From: an uncultured virus (IMG/VR IMGVR_UViG_2061766007_000563) | Taxonomy: Duplodnaviria > Heunggongvirae > Uroviricota > Caudoviricetes | Virus record (IMG/VR): IMGVR_UViG_2061766007_000563 | Length of the DNA stretch: 55,963 bases | Strand: one strand, 5' to 3' | In this document: positions 45,035-54,520 of the stretch, in pieces | Layout of the letters: every line of letters begins with the position of its first letter | How positions within the stretch are numbered: the stretch's first letter is position 1 | The notes under the pieces: model-generated | What the model saw: only the letters and a program-made list of their open reading frames with translations | What the model was told of the DNA's origin: nothing | Database searches by the model: none | Program-made: the position numbers and the translations under genes

Positions 45035-45669
45035 TTAACCGCCAATACTAGTCGGAAATTCAACAAGTGCATGTGACTTTAATTTCTCATGTTCTTTTTC
45101 AAGCGCATTTCCAATTTTTTCGATGTCATTGACAAATAACTGAACAATTTCATCTACAGTACCAAGCGGAACCATGCCATTATCAGATTTTAACTTGAAT
45201 AGCTTATCTTTTAGCTCATCTGAAACAAATTCTGTCCAGGCATTATGAGTATCAGATGAAATAACAGATGCTTTATTCATTACCCACTCCGAGTTCTAGG
45301 TGTAGCCCGTTGCCTAATCTGCAACCGATTTTCAAGGTTCATAATAATAGCATCATTACTGCTAATCGTATCTTCCATACGAGACAACAAGGCATCAACC
45401 TCACTAGCAATATACGCTNNNNNNNNNNTAATTTGGTCCCAATTCCTATCAAAGAACTGGACTGTATTAGTTCCAACTTCCTTGGCGACCACAGCACCGA
45501 ACATTCCATCCTTTCGCATTATGGATAAACCAGAAATGAATTTACCATTTTTGGTGGCACAAGAATGCATAATCTTCAACGGCTTAGTCTCAAAAACAAT
45601 TCTAAGCATACCGAAAATATCAAGTGCTTTTACCGGATGTTCAACAGTTTTAATTTCTGGAAGTTCCAT
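45035..45669 (-). other. Small hypothetical CDSs (45035-45280; 45280-45669 chimeric across a gap)
   Basis: ORF track; part of 45280-45669 is repeated at 50459-50745. Confidence 0.45.
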
Positions 45670-46202
45670 TAGTATTCAAGCTCCTCTTTATATCCGGCTA
45701 AAAGTTTTGCACGAACTTCATCAAGAACCTTACCGAGGCGGTTTTCGCCTTTCCAGTTTGTCTCGTCATTAATCAACGGGTCAAATTCACCGAGACCGAC
45801 ACCCCAAATTTTGTCAACCGGGCTAGCTTCGACGAATTTCTTACCTTCAAGGGCAGGATCCGTAATCTTGTCGAACAAAATCTTATTCTGACTATACTTA
45901 CTCAAACATGCGTTGAGCATGATATTGTAAGAAATCTTATTCCATTCGTCCTGATTGAAACCTTCGACCATACGGCCAAGCTTCTTGGCCTTATAGGAAT
46001 CAGCTTCCTTGAAATTAAGAGCTTCAATTTCATTCAGCGTAGCCATATCGTTGAAACAATATGCCTTGTGCCACATATAGCATTGTTCAGAACTGAAAAA
46101 TTCATGAATCTGTCCGTCAAGACACTTAGTCTTCATCGGTGCCCAAGCGAAATTCGATGGCCAGTCGCCCCAAAATAAAATGTGCTTATCTGTAATTGTC
46201 AT
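45669..46202 (-). CDS. NADAR (YbiA/DUF1768) family protein
   Basis: FW..WPSNF, FFSSEQCYMWHKA, KKLGR, KYSQN, VEASPVDKIWGVG, WKGENRLGKVL. Confidence 0.93.
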   Translation of the reverse strand: MTITDKHILFWGDWPSNFAWAPMKTKCLDGQIHEFFSSEQCYMWHKAYCFNDMATLNEIEALNFKEADSYKAKKLGRMVEGFNQDEWNKISYNIMLNACLSKYSQNKILFDKITDPALEGKKFVEASPVDKIWGVGLGEFDPLINDETNWKGENRLGKVLDEVRAKLLAGYKEELEY

Positions 46203-46203
46203 A

Positions 46204-46929
46204 TTAAATAAACCAAATAATTGAAGATTTACCGGATTCTTTAAGTTCAATTTTGTCGTAAACTTTACGTATTCTGGTAATCTGCCAAAGGAATGCATCA
46301 CATGTTTTGGCGTAATCGTTTTCGTCAATTACATTGGTGAATGGAATAGGTGTTTCCTCAGTCAGCTTTACATCTGTAAATTTAGTTTCATCAAGCTTAT
46401 AGTACCAGGCTGGCATTTTCTTCAGAAACTTATTAAATGTAAATTCAGAATCCTTATTATAAAGTTTACTACGCAAATACAAATGCAATTCGACCAAATC
46501 TTCAATAGAAAGAATGAAACCGGTATTATACTGTTTTTCGTTTGAAGCTTTTTCGATTATCTTGCATCCACGTTTCTTAAGGAACTTAACAGCTTCCTTT
46601 CTTAACATAATGCGGGTAAGCTTTACAATATAATGCTCGTTGGCCTTGTTTCCAATGACAGGAGAATCTTCCTTGAATAAAGCCATATCGTTGAGCTTTT
46701 CAAGTGAATTACAATATACTGTCATCGAAAGCTCGTCGTTATACAACTTATCAATCAATGCAAGATAACGTTTAAGCTTTTTGTTTTCGACAATACTATA
46801 GAAATCACTACAGTAAATGCCAGGACCGTCTTCACGAGCCTTATACATTTTTTGATAAACAGAAAACGCCAAAGATTCGCGTTGACATTCATAGGTGCTT
46901 ACTATTCTTGATAGTTCATATTTTGACAT
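46204..46929 (-). CDS. Hypothetical protein (inverted haplotype copy at 47243-47557)
   Basis: 241-aa ORF; near-identical N-terminus on the + strand after a 10-N join. Confidence 0.65.
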   Translation of the reverse strand: MSKYELSRIVSTYECQRESLAFSVYQKMYKAREDGPGIYCSDFYSIVENKKLKRYLALIDKLYNDELSMTVYCNSLEKLNDMALFKEDSPVIGNKANEHYIVKLTRIMLRKEAVKFLKKRGCKIIEKASNEKQYNTGFILSIEDLVELHLYLRSKLYNKDSEFTFNKFLKKMPAWYYKLDETKFTDVKLTEETPIPFTNVIDENDYAKTCDAFLWQITRIRKVYDKIELKESGKSSIIWFI

Positions 46930-47780
46930 NNNNNNNNNNAGTAAATTGTCATATAAGCTTATCTGCCGTGTAGAAAACGGTGGAAAGTATGTTTTATATC
47001 CATTGTCATATAATACTCCAGATTTACACTATCCTTCGGTAACAGAAGTACCAAATTCCCGTACTTGGGTTCTTAAGACTGCTGATACACAGGAACCAAT
47101 TTGGTACGCTGTTATTAATATGAAACGCAACGAAAAAACTATACGAGAACTTTTAAAAATAAAAAATATTGATACTTTCAATAATCATTTATTTGCATTA
47201 AAAGATATTCTCGAATTAAATTGTCTTAAAGGGTGATGACAAATGTCAAAATATGAACTATCAAGAATAGTAAGCACCTATGAATGTCAACGTGAATCTT
47301 TGGCGTTTTATGTCTATCAAAGAATGTATAATGTTCGTGAAGAAGGTTCTGGCATTTACTGTAGTGATTTCTATAGTATTGTCGAAAACAAAAAGCTTAA
47401 ACGTTATCTCGCATTAATTGATAAGATGTATAACGACGAGATTTCGATGACAGTATATTGTAAGTTACTTGAAAAACGTGAAGAGATGCCTTTATTCAAG
47501 GAAGATACTCCTGTCATTGGAAACAAGGCCAACGAGCATTATATTGTAAAGCTTACCNNNNNNNNNNNNNNNNNNNNNNNNNNNNNNNNNNNNNNNNNNN
47601 NNNNNNNNNNNNNNNNNNNNNNNNNNNNNNNNNNNNNNNNNNNNNNNNNNNNNNNNNNNNNNNNNNNNNNNNNNNNNNNNNNNNNNNNNNNNNNNNNNNN
47701 NNNNNNNNNNNNNNNNNNNNNNNNNNNNNNNNNNNNNNNNNNNNNNNNNNNNNNNNNNNNNNNNNNNNNNNNNNNNNNNN

Positions 47781-48561
47781 ACGCTCACGAATATCGGCGC
47801 TAAGTTCCTTGCGTCCTTCAACAGCGGAAGAATGAGAAGCCCAGAACGAAATGAGGATAAGCAGGGTAACGAACGGACCCATGCAGATACCCATAGCGGC
47901 GAGCAAAACATTAATAGCATTATCGAGCTTGACACGCTTAAAGATTACACATGCGTTAAAGATACCGCACAGAATCCAAAGAATTGTACTGATTTCCATA
48001 TTAGTTTTCCTTTTCTGTATTGTTTAACTGTTCAGTTTCTTGAGTATCAACATATTGACACGTAATTCGATTAATCTTGACCTTAGACATAAAATATTCA
48101 GCCATGTCAAGAGTAAATTCTTCATAAACTTTCGGATTGTTATGACAGATAGATTCAAACAGTTCCTTATAGAGCTTCTGAATATCCTTTTCATAAACAT
48201 ATTCTACATTTGTAAGATACTTGATTGTCAGACCAACAGCGTCCTGTAATCTCATATCCGGAAAAGCATCGTTAATGGACGAATAAATCTTAAACAACTT
48301 CTGATGAATGTTGTCCATTTCCTTATATGCCTTTTTAAGGTAATGCTTGAGAGTGAACTTATAATTTACGGGAATGCTCATATTCTTCGTAAATACATAG
48401 CATTCGTAAGTAAGTTCATAATAATTGATACAGAATTTTGCAACCGACTGTTGGTCTACATAGCAGTTAATTTGCTGATATGGCGAATCGACACGTTCCT
48501 CAAAGGTAACGCGATCCTTACCGAAAACATCAGTACAAATCTTTTTAAAGTATGTTGCATT
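47781..48561 (-). other. Two partial hypothetical CDSs (membrane protein from 47999; 48001-48561 lacking its start)
   Basis: ORF track; both truncated by gaps. Confidence 0.5.
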
Positions 48562-48630
48562 NNNNNNNNNNTTGCAAAAAACAACAAAAAACAGGAAAAA
48601 TTTTTTATATATAATATAAAGGTAACGAAA

Positions 48631-48744
48631 ATGACTATGAACGTATTTGAACATGAATTTTTTGCAGCAGAACGTGCCGCAGCTGAATTTGCAGCTGCAG
48701 CGTTTGAAGTATTTGATTCAAATACAGTGCATAGGATCAGGTAG
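48631..48744 (+). CDS. Putative attenuator leader peptide (Phe/Glu/Ala-rich, 37 aa)
   Basis: MTMNVFEHEFFAAERAAAEFAAAAFEVFDSNTVHRIR; TATAAT at 48610 and AAGGT SD upstream. Confidence 0.75.
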   Translation: MTMNVFEHEFFAAERAAAEFAAAAFEVFDSNTVHRIR

Positions 48745-48769
48745 TTAACCGATTAGAGTTTTAAAAACG

Positions 48770-48802
48770 GTTCCTGTGCACAAGCGCAGGAACTTTTCTT
48801 TT
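48770..48802 (+). terminator. Attenuator terminator, mutually exclusive with the antiterminator pairing 48727-48736:48772-48781
   Basis: GTTCCTGTGC-ACAA-GCGCAGGAAC-TTTTCTTTT. Confidence 0.85.
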
Positions 48803-48806
48803 ATAT

Positions 48807-48879
48807 GCCGCTCTAGCAAAGATGGTCTATGCATGGGACTGAAAATCCTGGGATTCCCGATCGTTACGGGAGGGCGGCA
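48807..48879 (+). tRNA. tRNA-Phe(GAA)
   Basis: Cloverleaf GCCGCTC/GGGCGGC, anticodon loop CTGAAAA, atypical T loop ATCGTTA. Confidence 0.85.
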
Positions 48880-48886
48880 CTAATAT

Positions 48887-48959
48887 GGTTCTATCGGCTA
48901 GTGGTCAAGGCCACTTGGTTCTCAGCCAAGTTACTACAGTTCGAATCTGTATAGGACTA
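48887..48959 (+). tRNA. tRNA-Glu(CTC)
   Basis: CTTGG-TTCTCAG-CCAAG anticodon arm; TTCGAAT T loop. Confidence 0.85.
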
Positions 48960-48969
48960 CTAAAATTAT

Positions 48970-49042
48970 GGCGACGTAGAATAACGGCTTAGTTCACGGG
49001 ACCTTCAATCCTGGCATTCGGGTTCGATTCCCGACGCCGCTA
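48970..49042 (+). tRNA. tRNA-Glu(TTC), atypical C33
   Basis: CGGGA-CCTTCAA-TCCTG anticodon arm; TCGGG-TTCGATT-CCCGA T arm. Confidence 0.75.
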
Positions 49043-49051
49043 CTAAAATAT

Positions 49052-49097
49052 GCCGTTCAATCCAAATCTGGTGATTGGACCCGGTTGAAGCCCGGAG
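49052..49097 (+). tRNA. Partial tRNA, probably Phe(GAA), truncated by gap
   Basis: GCCGTTC, D arm TCCA/TGGA, CCGG-TTGAAGC-CCGG. Confidence 0.55.
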
Positions 49098-49686
49098 NNN
49101 NNNNNNNNNNNNNNNNNNNNNNNNNNNNNNNNNNNNNNNNNNNNNNNNNNNNNNNNNNNNNNNNNNNNNNNNNNNNNNNNNNNNNNNNNNNNNNNNNNNN
49201 NNNNNNNNNNNNNNNNNNNNNNNNNNNNNNNNNNNNNNNNNNNNNNNNNNNNNNNNNNNNNNNNNNNNNNNNNNNNNNNNNNNNNNNNNNNNNNNNNNNN
49301 NNNNNNNNNNNNNNNNNNNNNNNNNNNNNNNNNNNNNNNNNNNNNNNNNNNNNNNNNNNNNNNNNNNNNNNNNNNNNNNNNNNNNNNNNNNNNNNNNNNN
49401 NNNNNNNNNNNNNNNNNNNNNNNNNNNNNNNNNNNNNNNNNNNNNNNNNNNNNNNNNNNNNNNNNNNNNNNNNNNNNNNNNNNNNNNNNNNNNNNNNNNN
49501 NNNNNNNNNNNNNNNNNNNNNNNNNNNNNNNNNNNNNNNNNNNNNNNNNNNNNNNNNNNNNNNNNNNNNNNNNNNNNNNNNNNNNNNNNNNNNNNNNNNN
49601 NNNNNNNNNNNNNNNNNNNNNNNNNNNNNNNNNNNNNNNNNNNNNNNNNNNNNNNNNNNNNNNNNNNNNNNNNNNNNNNNNNNNNN

Positions 49687-49756
49687 GGAAATAGGAACGT
49701 TATATGCATTTCTACGAAACGTAAATACCGTTGCTCTACCACTGAGCTACTTCCCC
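49687..49756 (-). ncRNA. tRNA-like RNA 1 (5' half only), anticodon region replaced by motif insert
   Basis: GGGGAAG-TA-GCTCAGTGGTAGAGC then an insert with GCA-TATAAC-GTTCCTAT. Confidence 0.65.
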
Positions 49757-49761
49757 GAGTG

Positions 49762-49828
49762 GTTAACGCGAAATGTATGAACTCATCTAAAAAATAATGC
49801 TTTTGATAGGAACATTCTTTGCGTTAAC
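49762..49828 (-). ncRNA. Leader hairpin carrying the GCA-N6-GTTCCTAT motif (second copy 50006-50072)
   Basis: GTTAACGC/GCGTTAAC closing stem; starts right after the promoter. Confidence 0.6.
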
Positions 49829-49835
49829 GATGTTA

Positions 49836-49864
49836 AATATAGTAAAAAGTTGTTGGTTTGTCAA
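49836..49864 (-). promoter_or_regulatory. Sigma70-like promoter TTGACA-17-TATATT (second copy 50080-50108)
   Basis: Exact 17-nt spacing; the same -10 context recurs upstream of uvsW, DHH, TupA, NUDIX and other genes. Confidence 0.8.
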
Positions 49865-49886
49865 CCCCTTTTTAAAATATTTTTAG

Positions 49887-50001
49887 CCGGCGAGACTGGA
49901 TTCGAACCAATAACCCAAAGTACCCTTTAGATAGGAAGCATTGGTGCTGAAAGCGAATACTAAATCTTAAACTTTTGCTCTACCGATTGAGCTACTCGCC
50001 G
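49887..50001 (-). ncRNA. tRNA-like RNA 2 with a 49-nt insert replacing the anticodon loop
   Basis: Acceptor CGGCGAG/CTCGCCG, D arm GCTC/GAGC, stem AAAGT/ACTTT, T arm ATTGG-TTCGAAT-CCAGT. Confidence 0.75.
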
Positions 50002-50226
50002 AGATGTTAACGCGAAATGTATAAACTGATCGAAAATAATGTTTTTTTGATAGGAACATTCTTTGCGTTAACAGGGTTAAATATAGCAAATTGCTTTATG
50101 TTTGTCAACCTCTTAAAGCAATTATTTTTTCTTGTCAAAGAAANNNNNNNNNNGATAGGAACATTCTTTGCGTTAACAGGATTAAATATAGTAAATTACT
50201 TTATGTTTGTCAACCTCTTAAAGCAA

Positions 50227-50745
50227 TTATTTTTTCTTGTCAAAGAAAGAATAGATAGTGATTAAACTATGAAAATCTTCTTTAAATTGGTCAAGCTTAA
50301 GTTCTTGACCTTCTTGTTTAAGGGATTCAATAAAAGAATGACAATTATAACAAAATTTATTATCGTCAAATACTTTTATATTAGCAATAATATTATCAAC
50401 TGAAATGTCCTTATTATATTTTATTTTAAGGAACATTTGAATCATTGTTGCAAGTTCTTTAGTCTTTTCCATTGATGTCTTCCACGTCTCGTATCATATC
50501 TCTTTCCGGACTTTCTGAATTTTTATCCAAATAACGACCAGTAAGAATCATAGTATCATGGTCGGTAAATTCAAGATTTGGTTTACCTTCGGCCATATTC
50601 TCATAGTCCTCAGTAACAAGGTCTCTCCAAGAAGTATAACCAATTTGGTCCCAATTCCTATCGAAGAACTGGACTGTATTAGTTCCAACTTCCTTAGCGA
50701 CCACAGCACCGAACATTCCATCCTTTCGCATTATGGATAAACCAG
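50227..50745 (-). other. Small hypothetical CDSs (50227-50472; 50459-50745 partial)
   Basis: ORF track. Confidence 0.5.
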
Positions 50746-50756
50746 ANNNNNNNNNN

Positions 50757-51447
50757 ATAAAAGATCTCCATACGTATCAGAACTCATGGTATAACTTCCG
50801 CAACTGAATGCGTCGTTAATCTCGATAAGTGCTATCTCTCCGGTATCGAGAACACCGACATCCAAGCAATAGGCCTTGGGAGAATCGGTCCAGTCCTTAA
50901 CCATGGCGTCAACAGTGGCTTTGTCAATCATTATATTATTATCGCCAGAATAATATGCATAATCCCTGGCAACGCCGTTAACGACTGGAACACGATACTC
51001 AGATACGAACCTAACCGGCTCAGAGCAGATAATCTGAGTCCCGTCGGCAGCTCCCTCGGTCAAAAGCCACTCGTCCCTGGATTTCAAGACGAAACCGGTA
51101 AACCTCTTCAGCTTATCCTTCGGCTTGATGAAAACAGGATCCAAAAGATAATCGTTGAAAACCTTATCCTTCATATATCCGAGCTTTGTCTCCCAGATAC
51201 GACGATGAAGATACTTGTTCAACTGAACTGGATAATCCTCATGATGATAATCAATTTTCAACTTCTTAATGGCATTGAACATTACAGGAATCTCGCCAGC
51301 GATGAAATCGTCAGAAGTAAGCTTAAACCGGTTCTGAAGAAGATGTTTCTTGTAGAACGTAGTATAATTACCCTCGCCGAAGTAATCGGCGAGTTTACGC
51401 TCATCGCTTCCGAGCTTTCCCTTATCATTTAACTGCAAATAGTTCAT
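50757..51447 (-). CDS. ATP-grasp domain protein (DUF4343/R2K-like), 3' end lost at gap
   Basis: DYP..L.KYLHRRIW, VFIKP..KRFTG, SEYR, YCLDVG..LIEINDAFS. Confidence 0.85.
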
Positions 51448-53120
51448 TCTGCCTTTACATGTTTGAATCCCAAATTCATTGCTTCGGCTACGGTGATTTC
51501 GTCACCGGCCTTATAGGTTTTTCCGGTCTTTTCCTGAGGCTCGCCAGATTTGAACGTGGAAGCTGGAACAGGATTTCCCGGATGGAAAGTATACATTACG
51601 TCACCGATACCGTCTTCAGGTCCGATAATAAGAATAGTGAAGTCAACATCCTGACGCTTGTCGGTCTTCATACAGAGCGAAAGGAAACCGGTATTCTTAG
51701 GGTCACGGAAATGACATACTGCATCCTTATCGAAATCAGAAAGGTTCAGCATACCGTGATGTCCAGGAATATCAGTAGTGATTACCGCACTGCAACCCGG
51801 AGTGAGCACGCCAGTAGAATCTATCCACGGTGACCAATTCGCGCTCATCAGGGCCTTTTCCATGTCTTCGACTGACGTGTAGTCGGTCGTGGAACCGAGG
51901 CCGTTAGAGAGCCTTTGCTTCAGACATGAATTAAAGTAGTCCGGAAGCTTTTCCTTAGTCTTCTGGATAATATCATAGATTTGTTTGTTAAAGTAATTCA
52001 TACGTGAAACTTCTTCCATGCACTTGGATGTTTTTCGATTTGTTGAATAAGAAAACCGATATACTCGGCAACAGCATTCGAACGACTACCTGAATAATTC
52101 ATAATCACTTTATTATCAGGATTCATCAGTTCGGAAAGAATATTCATAGCTTCTTCGTCAGTCAAAGCCGGGAACATATTCTTGTCATTGTCAAATAGCA
52201 ACTTGAATTTTTCCTTACAAGCCTTGGCGGTCTCACGAACATGCTTTCGCTCTTCAAGCTTCTTGGCTACGACTATCGCGATACCAACGCCAGCCGCGAA
52301 ACCAAACAGGATAATGGCAATTTCAAGCAACCATTCAAGAGTAAATGTTAACATCTAGGAATATCCTTTTCACCCTGTAAACGTTGTTTTTCCTTTTCGA
52401 CTTCCTGCTTGAACGCCGGAGAATTAGAAATCATTTCGGCCTGCTTTGCAAGATCGAGCAAGTTTCCGAAAAGCATGTTTACCATCATTTTTTCTTCAAT
52501 AGAATCCGTATTGTCACGGAGGAGTTCAAGTCGCTTGGCTGTAGCTTTAAGTTCATCAATAGCAATCATTTTTAACCCAACAAGTTAAGTTTTTCAAGGA
52601 GACAGAGACGCGCTTCTTCACGAATTTCCTGAAGTTGTATTTCGTCAAGAATCTTCGGATTTTCATTCTTTTCACTGATAGTCATACGTTCCATAGAACA
52701 GATATGCTTTCCGTTTTCAGAAACGTCGATAGCCGTATAGCCGGACTGTTTCGGCATATTCAAACGGATATTACAGTCAATAGATACTTCAATTTCGTAC
52801 TTTACTGCGTCATCCTGATGATAGACATTCTTTACTTCCCTGATTTTTACAAGTCTGTAACCGGTATCACCTTCATAAGAATAACGGTCAGAGCCGTGGA
52901 GCTTTACCCACTTTCCTTCGTACTTATCCTTATACTTCTGGATAACCTTTTCGTAATATTCTTTGTTTTCGAGTTCTTTGAGCTTGGCGTTGCACTGGTC
53001 AAGCAAGGCACGAATCTGCTTAGCGTTCATACCGCTGACGTCGATGACTTTGAGGTCAGTATTAATCTTATGCTTCATAGCGAGGACTTTGGTGTCCGTT
53101 GTTTTAATCTTATTCTTCAT
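51444..53120 (-). other. Four hypothetical CDSs (51444-~52001, 51998-52354, 52348-52569, 52572-53120)
   Basis: Overlapping or abutting co-oriented ORFs behind a TTTACA..TATATT promoter near 53125-53155. Confidence 0.6.
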
Positions 53121-53214
53121 GCGCTAAATATAATAAAAAATACCCGTTTTGTAAACCGTTCTTTTTGCACGTATAATAGTGCGATTTTCATCCCGCCGAT
53201 TTTATAAATAAAAT

Positions 53215-54066
53215 ATGATAGAAAATAAAAACCAATGTCCATTTTGTAAAGAAATTTTTGAAAATGCCCGGAAAAAGGGTACGCATCAACGATTATGTAA
53301 ATTAAATCCAGAACATGATAAAATAATAGATAATTTACGAAAAGGTTTTAGAAAAATAAATGAAAGCCATAGATTAGAACGTAAAACATATAAATGTAAA
53401 TGTTTGAAATGCCAAAAAGAATATTTTGTTGTTTGTACAGAAAATGACTATAATAAAGGAAACTATAAAAAGTATTGTTGTAGAAGCTGTGCAAATTCAA
53501 GAGTAGTTACTGAAGAACAAAAACAACGTGTACATAATAAACTTGTAAAAGAAAAACCAACAGTCTATTGTAAAAATTGTGGTATTAAAATTTCTAATAG
53601 AAGTAAAAGTGGATATTGTAATAAATGTAATAATAAATTTAGAAAAATTAATAATAAAACCAGAGAAAAATTAAGACAGGCCGGTTTACATAGTTGTGAG
53701 GTACAATCAGAAATTAGACGCTCTAAAAATGAAATCGCATTTTATGAATTATGTAAAAATCATTTCTGTAATGTGAAACATAATGAACCGTTATTTAATG
53801 GCTGGGATGCGGATATTATTATTGAAGATTTAAAAATTGCGATTTTGTGGAATGGTATATGGCATTATAAAAAAATTAAAAATAAACATTCATTGGAACA
53901 AGTTCAAAGTAGAGATAAAATAAAAATAGAAGAAATTAAGAAATGCGGATATATACCTTATATAATAAAAGATCTTGGAAAATATAATTTAGAAAAAGTA
54001 AATACAGAATTTAAAAATTTCTTAGATTATATAAAATTAAATAAAAAAGACTATACATCAGTATAG
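53215..54066 (+). CDS. Zinc-finger + PD-(D/E)xK (Vsr/DUF559-like) putative homing endonuclease
   Basis: Multiple CxxC, CCRSCAN; SKNE..WDADII..IAILWNGIWHY..RDKIK; very AT-rich, opposite strand to neighbours, late promoter. Confidence 0.8.
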   Translation: MIENKNQCPFCKEIFENARKKGTHQRLCKLNPEHDKIIDNLRKGFRKINESHRLERKTYKCKCLKCQKEYFVVCTENDYNKGNYKKYCCRSCANSRVVTEEQKQRVHNKLVKEKPTVYCKNCGIKISNRSKSGYCNKCNNKFRKINNKTREKLRQAGLHSCEVQSEIRRSKNEIAFYELCKNHFCNVKHNEPLFNGWDADIIIEDLKIAILWNGIWHYKKIKNKHSLEQVQSRDKIKIEEIKKCGYIPYIIKDLGKYNLEKVNTEFKNFLDYIKLNKKDYTSV

Positions 54067-54081
54067 TCTTTTATAAAAGGC

Positions 54082-54197
54082 GGCTGGAAAGTTGGATTCG
54101 AACCAACGACCCGCTGGTTATAAGCCATTAATAGGAACTACCTATGCCATGGGCGGGTGGTAAAGTAAGCTGCTCTACCACTGAGCTATTTCCAGCC
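54082..54197 (-). ncRNA. tRNA-like RNA 3 with motif insert replacing the anticodon loop
   Basis: GGCTGGAAA/TTTCCAGCC acceptor, GCTCAGTGGTAGAGC D arm, GTTGG-TTCGAAT-CCAAC T arm, insert with GCA-TAGGTA-GTTCCTAT. Confidence 0.75.
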
Positions 54198-54209
54198 ATA
54201 AACTTAAAA

Positions 54210-54508
54210 GTGTCCGGTGAGATTCACACACCTTTATAACGAACTCTGACACGAAGCCCGTGGCGGTCACGTGACAACTACTACGCCAATAGCCGGTCGG
54301 TCTATGCGCGCCGACAACGCCACACGCTCGAGAATGCAAATTTGCGCAACGCACTCTCTTTTATAGCTGAATGACTACATGCGTATGGATTTTTAAATCC
54401 AAAAATAGAGGAACCACAAACAAACCTCCCTGGCAGACCCGTCGTATAACCGCTCTTGTCAGTTCTGCTTTCAGCCACCTGTACACCAACGAGGCAGTGG
54501 CCATACAC
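54210..54508 (-). ncRNA. Unassigned ~300-nt structured RNA with a tRNA/tmRNA-like closing domain
   Basis: GTGTATG/CGGACAC ends, T-arm-like GGTG-TGTGAATCT-CACC, long-range GAACTGACA/TGTCAGAGTTC. Confidence 0.5.
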
Positions 54509-54520
54509 GTTTTTTCAAAA

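Noticed and set aside
46204..47557. Inverted repeat suggesting an invertible segment (also 50757-51520 versus 54648-55460)
   Set aside because: Orientation flips occur exactly at 10-N joins, and no recombinase or crossover sites are seen; most likely alternative alleles misoriented in scaffolding
48970..49042. Possible opal suppressor tRNA (CTTCAA read as anticodon TCA) and stop-codon recoding
   Set aside because: The anticodon stem pairs only with TTC centred in the loop; conserved genes are intact in code 11 and end normally at TAG/TGA/TAA
49687..50242. CRISPR-like array from the repeated ATAGGAAC motif
   Set aside because: Repeats are short, irregularly spaced and embedded in tRNA-like folds; no cas genes
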